In this document: in pieces, positions 12,856-26,901 of the stretch | Position numbering within the stretch: the stretch's first letter is position 1 | Layout: every line of letters begins with the position of its first letter | Assembly (NCBI GenBank): GCA_043228905.1 | Contig: JBHGNT010000013.1 | Coordinates: 12,586,001-12,650,000 of the forward strand | Direction of reading: 5' to 3' | Length of the DNA stretch: 64,000 nucleotides | From: Azolla caroliniana | Taxonomy: Eukaryota > Plantae > Polypodiophyta | The notes under the pieces: model-generated | Told to the model about the DNA's origin: nothing | Databases searched by the model: none | Seen by the model: the letters and a program-made list of their open reading frames with translations, nothing else | Made by a program: the position numbers and the translations under genes

Positions 12856-14128
12856 TCAATTGTAATGTCTATCTGGAATCTCCTCCATGGAACTCCACCA
12901 TGCACGCTCTTCCAAGGACGCAGAAGCGATGGTTCTCCGCCTCACAGTTACCTCTTCATTGCCCGTTTTCACATTACCTTCTTCTTTGTCTCCACCCGGG
13001 ACCCATACCCCGGTCGATGGATCTGGTCTCCACCATGTCTTAGGTTTACCTTTACTAGCTCCTCCACTACTTTGTTCTTGATCATCAGATGCATCTTTGG
13101 TGGCATCACTTGCATACTTTTGAATTCTACAAAGTGCTACCAAGTATCCATCAACTTGTCACCACATAAAACAAAACGAATAACAATAGAAATGAGCTAG
13201 GCAAACTTCAGAGTATGGAGAATCCAATAGCGAGCCTACCAATGAGAAACTAAACTAAATATCATGTTAGATCAAATCATAATACCGATCACGTTAGGGA
13301 TGAGTATATAATCAATCAAGGAGCTACATGACACAACATCTTTATAATGACACTTCATAAACTAAATATCGTGTTAGATCAAATCATAGTAAGGATCGCT
13401 AGGGATGAGTATATGATCAATGAAGGAGCTCCGTGACACAACACCTTTATAAAGAAGTACAGATCAAACTAAGGTACCTAACACATATATGTCAAGTTAG
13501 GTTGCTAAGCTCTACAAAAACTCAGGATGTATAGACTATTAAATTACTGACATAAAACTATGAAGACGAATCGGTATTCCGAATCTTGTTTCCTACATCA
13601 ACCGGGTTTCTGTATAGGTATTCCGAATCTTCGCTCCTACATCAATCGGGATTCAGTTTTTATATGTTTCTCTCTTAGCCAAATCTAGTTACATAATTTA
13701 GATACATTTGTTGTTTCCCATTGATGAGGAGGTAAAACATGTTAGAGATGTATTCTCTCGATGACCGACCCGCCCCAATGAGGCCTAGTCATTCTGGTAT
13801 CCTTAGAATTTTGTGCCTTTCCAGTGTTAATTAATTTAACTGTATCTTATTTTATCGGATTTGTTTTCAAAAAGGAAACCCGCCTAATTAGTGCCATCGA
13901 CCATCTAATTAGTTCAATTATAGACGATTTTCAAAGTTTCAACAAAAGCATGAACAGAGGTTCATGATTATTGGAAGAGAGACAGAGAGAGAAGCTTCTT
14001 GGATATGTTAAGGCTCTGCTGAATGGGATTAAAAATCAGTCAATTTTGGATTACCTGACCGTCATACTCAGGCTGGGGCGATTCTTCTCACAAATCCTCA
14101 CAATCATCCGATAGCACGCCATAGCCAT
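12856..14128 (-). CDS. Late embryogenesis abundant protein, At5g17165/LEA_3-like; 2 exons (14128-14055, 13126-12856), 114 aa
   Basis: W-x-PDP-x-TG motif (WWRPDPSTGVWVP) plus SLEERAWW C-terminal motif; exon 1 MAMACYRMIVRICEKNRPSLSMTV(R) ends AG|GTAA; acceptor TGTAG|A at 13126 keeps the frame. Confidence 0.8.
13251..13452. repeat. ~108-bp tandem duplication in the LEA intron
   Basis: aaactaaatatc(a/g)tgttagatcaaatcata...tgacacaaca..tttataa occurs twice. Confidence 0.8.
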
Positions 14129-14332
14129 CGCCAAATTTCCTTTCCGATTCGATTCGATTCGATTCCAATTTCAAAACGCACGAAACGATACACAAAACGC
14201 ACCGCTAAATTCCATACAACCTACTCTATATATAGCTATAGCTATACATATATAGATATATAGCTAAATAGATGGCTATAGCTTATGTTTTGTTAAGAAC
14301 TACCTACCTATACAAAGGAGGTGTATGTATGT

Positions 14333-14357
14333 GGGGGGGGGGGGGGGGGGGGGGGGG
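14333..14357. repeat. Poly-G tract (25 nt) about 200 bp upstream of the LEA start
   Basis: Direct observation. Confidence 0.9.
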
Positions 14358-15922
14358 AGACTTTTTAAGTTCTCATTTCATATCGAAAACAAGCCTTTCA
14401 TTGGCACGCCATAACGAACTCGGGCCCAAGGGCTCGGGCTCGTAAAACATTTGTCTTATATATTTGGGGTGATCATGTTATCTTGTTTCCATTCTCTCGG
14501 ATTCGATTTGGAAGTAACCGACACCAACAAAACAAAACATCGGTAAATTTGTTTCATGAGGTAAAACATTGCCTATGGCAGCTCCAGTGTAGTGTCAACC
14601 CGTCTCACGTGATTGTGGGGACCGTTTCCTGGATCACTGGTGCTACTTACTTGCAGATTCCCGTTCCAATATCTTCACCCTCGGCGAAATTGTCCAGGGC
14701 ACACGCTTGAGGAGTTCAATCTATGTAAACCCTGCTATGTCTTGTGCTTTCAAGGCCTACTTTGCAAATATGGGCCCCTAGTGGCACCCTTACTTACGTA
14801 AAACACGTATAGAACAAGGAATATAAAAGATATCGTTCATTGAACGAACTAGGTAGATTAGATACACATAACGTAGGGAACCACCCCCACTCATTTAGTC
14901 GTCTGCACATGCAAGTTTGGCTATGTGGTTGATTCTTTGGATACAACTAGGAATGGGAAAGGTGCATCTCATCAACCAACCTCTCATCAACCAAGCACTT
15001 ATCGTTGCAACTATTATGGAAGTCTAGGAAAATATTTCAGTATGTTTAATAGTAGCAATGATATTCCAATTGTAAAAAATGCATCTGTCGAGTAAAATAA
15101 TCGGGCATGTGAACACTACATTCCAAACCATTCAAAGAAATGTGTCATGACTCCCCTCCCAACTTATGTATAGGTAACCAACTTTTATGCAAGTAGTGGA
15201 AAAAAATTTAGTTATGTTTAAGAATAGGAATGATAAATATTATAATGATGCAAAATGCATATTTCCGGCAAATTTATCGGGCATGTGAACACAACATTCC
15301 AAATTGATCCAAGAAATGTGTCGTGCCTCCATGGAATACCTATATCTAGCTAACCATTTAGTGAGGTCATGTGTAGAAAAGAGAGGCCTAACTTGATCAT
15401 AAAATGACAAAGTAATACAAGTGGGAAATAATGTGGAACTCATTATCAACAAGAAACACATCCCAAATGTGGAAGTAAGTTAAGTGAAAAATACCATTTT
15501 CTCTTCATTGCAATCTTGGCATATTAATATTAGAGCCAATGCATTATCCACTTTGGCTAGCAATTTGTTTTAGTATTATTACATTATGCTCATTTGCATT
15601 AAGTTATGAGTCAATAGACTAAGACAATATATTTCATGTTCGTGGTAGCATTGATGGAATCATTGTTAATATCAGTATATATTTTATATTATAGCATGTT
15701 GCATGATTTAGGGATAGATATATAGATCTTATTACTATCCACAAAGGTCAAATAAAACCAAGAAGTGGAACATTATCATTCACCCAATATTTGGTTGAGA
15801 AGTGCCTATATTAATGTCTTCTAAGGCCAAAATTGGCCCATGAGACAACAAAATGGGATATTTGCCCATTCATCGAAAGTAAAAATAAAATCAAATAAAA
15901 ACAAAGCTTAAGCTAAATAGTT

Positions 15923-17340
15923 CTAGTAAAATAACAAACATATTCTACAATGAAATGACTTTATACTAGGCCTAGTTTCATTTCCATCCAAGTCTCTTGA
16001 AAAGAAGTGGGAGTTCAAAGGGTTCGATGTGGATGTGGCCCCCCATGGTCCCAATGTAGAAGGTACCCCAACCATAACTTCTAGTTGGCGTAGCTCACGT
16101 TCCCGTATCTTCTTAATCGTTTCTACTCCATGTCGAGTTGTTTTGAAGCCCAACATCCGAGGGCGTTTGGTTGTTCTTTGCATTTCTATTTCCTCAAGAG
16201 AGAGGCCGAGTGGCGTAACTGTATCTACATTCATCGTCTCCCCTTGTTCCTGAAAAATTACACTACTTACATGTTGATGAATATTAAAAGGGTTATGGTT
16301 AACACTTTGTAGCTTATTCTCCCTATGTTGTTTTAGCTCTAAGATATACCTACCTAGTCTCTTTATATCCAGGGTATCTAATAGTTTGGAGAGGGTGGGA
16401 GAGGGTCCTAATATGTCTTGGTATTCCACCCTTCTCTCAGCATAGGTTGGACACTTGCATATAAAGTGATACTCATTCTCTAACTCTATGTGACATAATC
16501 TACATAGCCTTTCCTCTATAGGGACTCTATTAGCCCGACCATTCTCAAACTCAAGTTGGTGAGATGATATCCTAAGTTGTCCAATGGCCACCCTTAGTGC
16601 ATTTGATAAGAAAGTATCTCGATATCTTGGTCGTGTAATAAAACCTAACTTAGAGAAGTGCAAGAAGTGTTCCTTATAGTACAACATTTTAGATGGGAGT
16701 GGCTCTTGTGGGGTGATCCATGTATATCTAGTGTAAATTTGCCATATTTTTTGGCGTATTACTTTATTACGGTCTTCATGAGATATTAAAGTTTGATCAG
16801 TCCCATGGTTGTACTTAAGGGGAGGTAGGTTATTAATGTCTATGTCATTTGCAAGTAACCAACTCACTGTAGTGTTATACCAAGAGCTAGTGTCTCCAAA
16901 CGCATATAGGGATCGGGATGCCTCAAAGGCTCGACGGGAGATCCTATCTTGTGGTTGGCTATATATCTGATGAATAAAAACTGCCGCTTGGAAAAGTGCT
17001 TCTACTAACATCGGGGGCAAACTGAACTCTTCTCTAATAATGTCATGTGGTACTATCAATTTGCTTCGGAGTTGACGTGATAGCATCATCACCAAAGGTC
17101 TCTCTAATTGCGTCCACATGAAAGATGGTAGACCTAGAGCCCATACTACTTATGCATACATGAGGGAAGGGATCACTAATGAGTTGAAGAGCCATCCTTA
17201 GTCTGTGGTTCTTGGAAGTATGCCTGATGGCATTGTCTCTCTAAGAGTGAGAGGGATGTATACCCTCTCGTTAGCCTATCTTTGGTTGCCTGGGTCTCGA
17301 GAATTTACCTGAATGAGCACTAAAAGTGACTCCCAAGAGA
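15923..17340 (-). mobile_element. Non-LTR retrotransposon 3' region, RTE-X-like, degenerate at the 5' end
   Basis: C-terminal GQLRISSHQLEFENGR...ERLCRLC...ENEYHFICKC CCHC-type motif in a 398-aa ORF. Confidence 0.75.
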
Positions 17341-18290
17341 GAGAGAAAGAGCAACGACTTTGTTGATGAAGAACTTCACTCAAGACGTGATATAACATGC
17401 TAGAAGATATTCAAGATTAAAGTTAGTTAGAGAAAAGCCATGTACATAATATAGAGTTGATACAATTATATAATCTAGTTTTCTAATGTATTAAATTATA
17501 TTTATTAATAGTTGTGAGAAAACTTGATATTGTGTAATATCCATACAATTCATTATCCCCCAAATTTACCCAATTGAAAATTTGGATGTAATATGAGGTT
17601 TGTCAAGGACCAACGCCAACTATTGAAAAGTTCTTTCCACAACCATGTCTTGGGAAACAAGTAGAGAGAATTGTTTTACCCGTTCCAAGAAGACCTTAGT
17701 AGTATGCCTATTCCAAAGCAAGAGGGTTAATTGCTTGTGAACAATTTTTGTGTCTTGTGGTAACGTGAATCGTTGGAGATTAAATATCTTAACTTGGAGA
17801 TTTAATATCTTAATTGATAAAACCCCAAGTAAGAAACACCATAGGAATAAGATTTCTTTAATGGCAAAGCAACATGTCAAATTCTTGCTAAGCACTTTTT
17901 CCACCAAGAGCGTGACATAACTATACTCCATAGCATAGTTCCTAATATTCGCGTACGTCCAATTTACTGGATGTACGCGAACGTTTGCAAACGTACGCGT
18001 ATGATACGCGATATTCGTTTGGCTTCTTCTTCTTCTTTTTGACTTTTTTTGGGTTTCTTTAATTTTTGATATTCATAATTCTTTGTGAATAGAAGTGACG
18101 TCTGACACACACACTCTCTCTCTCTCTCTCACGAGAACTGACAAATCTTCTCCCTCTACAAAATTCTAGATATCTAATATACATATTACACACTCCCTCA
18201 CACAGACAACCCATAGCTCCTCTCTCTCTCTCTCTCTCTAGAGTCTAGATATACACTCAACCACTATCTCCTTGCACATGCAAAACAGGG

Positions 18291-18364
<74 letters not shown>

Positions 18365-18879
18365 AAAACACACAATTATATTAATAAATGTATGTGTAAA
18401 ACACTACTTACAATACGTGTGACAATGGAGTATGGTCACACACTAACCACACTATACTACATGGGTAGTGGAACATGTTGAATTACCAATAGGCAAGACG
18501 AACACTCCACCGAGGAAAGAATTTCCACTTGTTCTAATAAAGAAAATTGCCACATTAGTACTCCCTTCAACTTTCGTAGATATGCTTTCACTCCATGTCT
18601 ACCATTGAATACAAAAGTGTTTCACCCCAATGAGGAATATGATGTTGAAATGGCAACCGTCATTATCTTGGCACCATGAACAGCTTGTAAATTATCCTCG
18701 CATCTCAGAGACATCTGATATATATGATCCATCAAGCCGTTTCAAGGAGGTAATAGAGATAGGTTTATATTTTTGTTTGAACTGATTGAAGAATTCCTTA
18801 TTAACTCAATCTTGCTTTTGCGACCAGCGAGCAGGATTGCGATAAAAGAGGAACGTCGAACGTGCCGGTTGCTTTTCTT

Positions 18880-19500
18880 TTAAACTTCTTTTTACCTACC
18901 ACAAATCAAAAAGTAGTGTGGATGAAGTTGGATACCTTTCCAACAATTTTTGTAATGTTGCGAGAGCACAACACAAATTGGCAATTTCTGAATTGCAGCG
19001 ATACACCGAAACTGAAACTATATTCATGAAGAAATTTTTTGTATCAAGTATGGCATCAACCATATTACGAAGCAAACAATCATCCATCAAGTTGTATTTT
19101 AAACATATCTAAACAATTGATATCCAATGGCTATCATCAGATAGCAAGGAAGGAGGAATACACCACTGCTTAGAGTATTGCTTCTTATAAAATGTAACAT
19201 TTAACTTCAGAGGGTCATGGTCAGATATCATTGATCCCGGAATAATGCCAAGGGATCTGCCCGCATCCCAGAAGAAATTGTTGGCATAAAATCTATCCAC
19301 CTGAGACAAAGTAGCACTAACCACATTCCCATTTGATCTAGAAAACTGCAGGAACCCCTGTTTACGTGAGAACAATGGCACCTTCCATAAATCAAGCAAA
19401 CCAAAGGCAAAACAAAAGGAGTTCCAACACTTAGCTTCCCAACCTGAAACTGTAGTAGTTGTACATCCTATTCTATCAGAAGCATCCTCGATCATATTAA
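18880..19500 (-). mobile_element. LINE fragment (AP-endonuclease C-terminus and linker)
   Basis: SQVDRFYAN...SDHDPL endonuclease signature; frames interrupted. Confidence 0.7.
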
Positions 19501-20729
19501 AATAGTATTTTTGTGGGCTTTCATTTTGTACCTAGAGCACATCTTGAGATTTCCCACTAGTAATAAAGAGCATCACAAAAAAGACAAAACTAGATATTAT
19601 AAAATGATGAATTCTACATGTTCCTTATTTGGCATGAAGGAAATCTTGGAAATGGCATGTGATAACTTAGCATCTTCCTAAAGCAAATGCTTTCGTCTAT
19701 TTCTCTAACCATATTTTGTACAAATTTGAATCAAGAAAAGTTGTTTTGGTCATGTGTATGCAATGTAGAAAACCATATAAAAATGAAATAAACCATGATT
19801 TATTTTGGAAATTACATTACACACAACTTCATAGTTGAAACATAAGTTGGACCTATCATAACATATGTACTGTACGCAATGAACCTTTACAATGTTGATT
19901 CATGCAGCTCTTGCTCAATACAACAACCGTATCAAAAAATATTCAAGGATATATTCAACATCAGGACTTCTATAAAATTCCAAGTTAGGAATGGGATCTT
20001 TGGTCTCTTGCAGTTGCCCAGTGAATGGTGTCAGCTACATGATTGTAAGAAAATCTGTGCGCAAATAATTAAATGTTAAACAAATTTGAGTAGTGAAGAG
20101 ATTTTTTAGTTCCTCTACATGAATTTGAAACCACCCAACTGAGAAAAAGTGAACATTAAGCCTTGTAATCAATATTTTCGGTACTCGTAAACCATCTATG
20201 CATAAATATGTATTGAATCGAAATAACTACCATATCAATAATGAGAAAAACCTAGAATACAAACATCTAGAAATTTGAATAGCCTTTAGGTAAAGTTTAG
20301 TGGACTAGTTTGTTATCACCTATCTAGTTTCATGTGTCTTATGAGGATTACCATGCTTCTATGTGTTTGTGTGTGTATGTGTGATAACATGCTTAATCGA
20401 TGTGTATACATGTATGTGTGTATCTTTCAAAGATGTTGGTGTGTATGCGTGTGAAACATGTATGTATGTGTTTGTCTAACAAGAATAATTCCTAACATGG
20501 GACAACCCTACCATTGGGTGAAGTACAATAGGGGACTCCTACCTTGGAAAGTGAGTGACCCTTGATTTTGATGAAGTTTGCGAAATGAGTGTGAGACCAA
20601 GAGATGGAGCACAAGGTTCCTTTTCAACAAAACTACACTAACAAATGTTTCACTACCAAAAGAGAGAGAAATGAGGTATAGAGGACTTACACGTATGTAT
20701 ACGAGACATTCGAGGGAGCTTATCAACGA

Positions 20730-23700
20730 CTAGTAGGCAGAACAAACATCATCAAGGGAGGAGGTAGAGGATTGCTTAATGCCATTGCCTTTTTGTGGCG
20801 AAGAAGTTGTTGAGTTCTTCGTGCCTAACGAGCTCTTAGACCCTGAAGCAGACTGAAGGCACACATGGAGTGGTGGGATGGTAGGCATGGAGAAGGACCC
20901 ATACGAGTTCCAACAAAAGGGTTGGTCAACAAAAAATCCACGAAAGGGCAACAATTCAACGTGTGAGACAACAATTGCAGTACAAGGCATAGTGTCACTA
21001 CAAGCAAAGTGTATGGGACTACTCTTGCTGTATGTCCCATGTATGTTGCGGTACGTAATGCCCGTGACACGGACTGCAGAGCTCATGTTTCGGCATCGCC
21101 CACTCCCAACCGAGTCACAATAGAATTGATCAATGATGATGGGATTGCTAATGTTCTCCACCATCACATTGTTGTACGTTATGCTCTTGACTGCTCCTTG
21201 CCCACCCTACGTGCGCAATCATAACAAGAATAATCAATATCATCAAAAGGATGACAATCATGATAAAAACAATGACAAAATAAAAGTTCGTGTCATCATC
21301 ATCAATAGTAAAGAATATTTTCCAATACACTATATCCTTTTGTGAAACTTTTATGGTTTTCCTAAACATATATGTAGGTATAATAGATCATAGAATACAT
21401 GTATGATAGGGCATAGAAACAATAGTCATTCTACACAAATAAATGTGTGTAACATGGTGCTAGTAGTATGTGTCATGTGTATATGCGTACCATAAATCAA
21501 AAACATGTGAAACTAATAAAGTGTAACGCTAAAGAGATGCCTACAACATGAAAAAGTGAAGTATGGCATCGAGAGGTTTCATCACAAAGAATGTGTGTTT
21601 TGGTCTCTATATTAATGTACTTTATATGGTGAAAGTATCTTGAACCAACTCTAATTGTTGTTCATATATACCCAATGCTCCAACATCTATACATGAATGA
21701 AACATCTTGCCTCATTCTTGTCTTTCAAGCATCCCACAATTTTGTCCATTATCACCTTGCATACATGCATGCATCTACTTTTACGTGTTGCATTCAAATG
21801 TGCTCAATTTATTATCATACATGCATAAGTAGTATACAATTGTAGCCTATTAATGATTTTATTATTACTCTCTTGTTTATATTTTATGTATGCTTCTAAG
21901 TTATGGAGATGCATATAACCCACTTCAAAAAGTGGATTGAATCGTTGGCTCTTCAATTAAGAGAAATTGTGACACAAGCATCTATATACACACATTTTGC
22001 ATAGTGTAGGAGTATGTGTATAGAAAGCTCATACAAAGTATATTTACAAACACACCATAAGAATAGTGTTTTAGATTATCACTAGGGAGTGGATATTTTA
22101 GGTATCATTATGGGAAATTTGTTTGTTAACTTAATTAATTGCATGTGATAAATGACAATTGAAGTCCAATCTATCTTTGGAAAGTATAGCCCAAACACTT
22201 TTATGACTACAAGGATGAAGTTAAAATTCTTCAAAAACATGTTTCCATGCAAAAACACATTCATTGTGGCGTGTAAATGCCTTTGTTGATCATAACCCTA
22301 TAAATGCATGTTAAATTTAATTTCTAAACCCTAAAGGCTTAGCTGTAGTTATGGCATGTATAATCAACATTCACTTTTTCACGCTTGCACTTTCTTCATC
22401 CCAAAAATACAAATGAGCCTCAAAACATACACAATCTATATTCATGTTTGGTTTGTCTTTATATTATTAGACATGTATTAAGTTTCAAGTATTTTAGAAA
22501 TTGACAAAATCAATGGCCTCTTTTTTATTTCTTTGATCATGGACCCTCATCGGTCCTTAACATTTTCTTAAACTCATTTACGTACACAAGCATAATGACA
22601 TTACTATGTTTATTATCCATTCCTATGAGAAGAAAAGAATGGAAATGCGTCAACTATTATTATCATGCACCAATGAATGATATGACTTATTTTATGAGTG
22701 AAAGATTGAAGCTATCTAGTAATCCTTATTCTACTATGAGTTTATATGTTTCTCTCATGCTTTACAAAAAAGTCATTAATCAATGGCCCATCCCAAGAGC
22801 ATGAAATAGTTAAAGAAATATTTACATTCATGTCACACATACGGCAAACCCCTCCTTAATCATCTACGTATATTTGAATGCAATTTAATGAGGTTTTGCC
22901 AAGGAACAAAAAACATTATTTGGGATGCCATCAATTCTCATTCTTTATTGTAGCATCCAAGACCTTAATTTTACTAGAGCACATCTTGCCCTTTACCTGC
23001 CATGTCTTGATCCTGAGACCATTTTGTGAGTTCTTAATGGTCACATCATGCACAGTGACATTTGAGACACAAGCTTGTGTTTGCCCACGACCTAATCCTC
23101 CCAAACTGTGGCCATAACAATGGGAAGAGTTCTTAGTTATACTACATATTGACTATGAAATCAAACATTACATCCTTGCAAATTATTTATGTTTAGTCAT
23201 AGTCATGCTACCTGATGCCATGTCCATTATCACATACTATGTCATGAATATCCAAATTTGAACTTCCAGTTTGAATGGAGATGCAATCATCACCTAGAAA
23301 AAATGGGTGTGTTAAAAATTAATGTGTCGATTCATATAGGTGGCAATTTGTTATTGAATAATTGAACTAGTCAATTAATTCTATAAAATATATCATAACA
23401 TATTACATCTTTGAACAAAACAGAGTGCTTTATAAGTTATTGACTCAATCAATCATCAATCTATATTTTCGACAAGTACATTTATCTTTATATTTATTGA
23501 GGTAAATAGTTCTAGCAGGTTGTGTACAATGACACGAAATATGCAAATAATATTGGTTTCACGTTCTAAAAACTAAGTGTGTTAAAAAGATGATAAATGG
23601 CACAAACATCAAAATTAGTTGGTAAATGGAAATTAATAATGAAGTGTCTAGAATCCTACTATATGGAGCAAGGGGAGCCATAATTGATTCTTATGCCTTC

Positions 23701-26700
23701 GTATAAAGAAATAATGCCTATTTCCTTGAGATTAACATGTGCACATCTATTACATATGAACAGTTCACATCCTAGAGAAATATTGATTTCTCAAAGGTCA
23801 TGCAAAAGAATGATGTCGCACACAAACATCAACATTCATTGGAGACTGGGAAATGAAAAGTCCAAACTTGAAATATTGTGTTAATGTGCAGGACAAGGAA
23901 CATGATGGCAAACATTGGTTGCTATATACAATAATAACACTTTTTGGGTTGTGAGACATTTTGAGGACAACATAAGGAAACATGTTGAAACATCATATTG
24001 ATCCAATAAGCAGAGGACAATCTTTCGTGAACATATAATAATGGCATCTTTTGGGAGTCATAATTGCAAACACCTAGTGCTCGCGACAAAAGGGAACGGA
24101 AAAGACATGAACATTGTGTGTGAATGGGAATGTCATACTTGGTAAAAGTAACCAATTAACCAAGTTCAAACCCAAACCATCACAATTTGATGCAAACACT
24201 TTTCAACTTTCTGACATGTCAAACTTTGTAAAAGTTGAAACCTTTTTTTTTTACTGATGGGTGCATGATAATTAAAGCTTGTAATAAAGAGAGATTGATC
24301 AACTCACTTACTAAATCTAGCGAGACATAACAAATTGTGCACTTACCATTCGAGATGTGGGAATTATGGATTTCAACATTTTGTGTGTTTTGGAGGTGGA
24401 TCCCGTCAGTGTTGGGGCTATTTCCGGGCGAGCTAACGCTGATATTGCGCACGGTGACACCCACACAACTATCGAACTTCAAGTGGGTTTGTGGGCTATT
24501 TAGGATTCGGATATTTTGTACTGTGATATTATTACTCCCATAGAATCGAACGGCCTAAGCAACAATTAACCAGATTGTTTAGAAACAAACTACAACAGTT
24601 TGGGTAATAAATAAATAAACATTAATGGGGCACAAAAATGGAACTTACAGTGGGACGGGTGGGGTACTTTTTGCCCTGGCAAGAAGCCAAAAAATTGAGC
24701 TTTTAGAAATGAATGGAGAATGAAACAAATATAAATTTTAATTAGAGTTTTTCCATGTTCTTGCACACACCCCGTCACATGTAGCAAGGTAAGGTGGAGA
24801 CTTACTCGCAAGAAACTCATAATGTTAAACCTCATTAATAACGTGAGAGGGAAAGAATGTGCTTTCACGCATAGGGGAATCTCTACACCATTCGAGGGAT
24901 ATACTACATATATGTTATATTATTATTATTATTACCTTGGAGGCTATGGAGGCGGACCACCAAGCAGCGCCATTCCCATCGATTGTGCCGGTGCCAGTGA
25001 TGAGCACGTTGTGAAGCTTCGAGAAATTAATCCATTCTAGAAGGCCTTTCGAGTAAAGGCTCCCCCATTTAGTTGGATTATCTGGGGCAACCACATCACC
25101 TTCGATCTGGTGACAATGTTTTGAGATAATCGAAGACCCCAAGTTTTAGCGTAAGCCGTAAAAACAAGTGTCTAGGAACTATAGTGAAAATCAAACTCTA
25201 GACACAAAAAAACAAACACCCCAAAAAAGAAAGGGAAACAATTTTAACTTTTACAACAAAGCAAAAAGCAAAAGGCAAAAGCCCAAAAGTACACGACAAA
25301 TGTTTGAAGGATCTTTTTTCTATTTACAAAATATGTCATTATCGGAATCAGAATCAGAATTTTGTCTTTGTTTTAAAAAAAAAACATATAAAAACCATCC
25401 CTCTCTCCCCGTGAGCACTATCTCTCTCTCTCTCTCTTATCACGTGAAGACATCTCTTTCTCTATCATCACGTGACACACACTCCCTCTCTCTATCTTCT
25501 CCCCCCTTATCACAATCCCATGAAATTTGGTCCTCTCACTTTACATATTCAACTCGTTATGACCAAAAGACCCTTTGTATGTTTGAAGCCAATAGCAAAA
25601 TAATTGAGCCTGCAAACATTCTCACACCCAATATTTCTTTCGGACTTGCTCTAATTCTGAATTTCCCCACCTTATACACTACTTGCTCCACCTTGGCTAC
25701 ACTTGAATCCCTAGTGACATTAAGCACTATAGACAAACATGTGCGGGAAAGTGGCCTCTAGCCCACATCGACGAATTATGATCTCTAATTTGGTATTTAG
25801 ACCTAACCCCCCCCCCCCCCCCATAGAATGCTCATATTGTGGAACTCTAATCAATGTAGGGGCACAACAAGGAAACGTGAAGGGGATATTGTCCCCAAAT
25901 TGGGGAGAATGCACCAAAAGTTCAAAAAAGTTGGATCCTCCACACATGGGGGTATTTGCCTATTATGACTTTGGCCTAGTCTAACCCCACCATGCATAGA
26001 TAGGTAGGGGATGGATAGGGCCCAGTCTAACCCCATCATGCATAGCTAGATATCATCAACAGGACGTGGGGAAACATCAAGGAAAAGTGAGATCTCTACT
26101 ATCACAATGGTGGGAAAATGCATAGTAAAATCATATGATGCTTATCACAATCCAATTACGAAAAACATTTGAAATATAAAATGAGCTCATCCCCACATGG
26201 GGAAAATTGCATTCACGTGATACATAAATGATAAGTAGTATTATACTTGAAAGATCATGTTGTTAGCACAAGGCCCGGATAAGACGATGGGGCGGATAAC
26301 AAACGTGAAATACTGAGGGACTTCGAAAATGGACCCTTCCACTTGACATGCCTCTTGCCAAGCCGCAACAAATGCCTGAAATACAACAATTTATAGTAAC
26401 TTTTGGAAGATTCAAAAGGAGAAGAAAAATACTAGTCAAAATATTAAAACTAAACTAACATATAGTTCTCTTTCTATTATCACTCCTCTCTCATTTAAAA
26501 CATTGCTAAAAAACTTAGACCTAAACCAACTTATGTACATATGCTTTACTTGCCTTTGTGTCATCAGCTTGGCCATCTCCAACTGCTCCATATGACAACA
26601 CATCAAATATCTTGCTATACGAAGAGGATGAATGAGAAGGATAACTATCACCACTCATTTGTCCTTGGCCTTTTCTATGCTTTGTTCTATGCCTTTTGTG

Positions 26701-26901
26701 TTCCTTCTTCATGCTATTAAAATTATATCCCTTGTTAGTAATGGTGTTAATGTTGTTGCGCCCCTTGCGGTTATGTGCGCTTACGCCTTTCACCACCTCC
26801 TCCATTTCAAGATTTAGCATCAAATGCAAAAGAATGGCTATAATGATGCTTATCTTATAAACCTTGTTAATTGAAGTCGAAGATACAATTGATGCCATCA
26901 C
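20730..26901 (-). CDS. Polygalacturonase (GH28; At1g48100-like), 516 aa; exons 26901-26554, 26375-26247, 25106-24936, 24675-24649, 24554-24347, 23293-23212, 23105-22997, 21206-20730
   Basis: All four GH28 motifs ([28 protein letters not shown]), plus [21 protein letters not shown] and an N-terminal hydrophobic segment; splice phases are consistent; 1551 nt total. Confidence 0.95.

Noticed and set aside
17934-18020. Possible hAT-type transposon end (CATAGTT + CGCGTA/TACGCG subterminal motifs)
   Set aside because: No matching opposite end or TSD found.
25168-25761. 197-aa plus-strand ORF
   Set aside because: Lies antisense within polygalacturonase intron 2; low complexity, GTG start, no motif.
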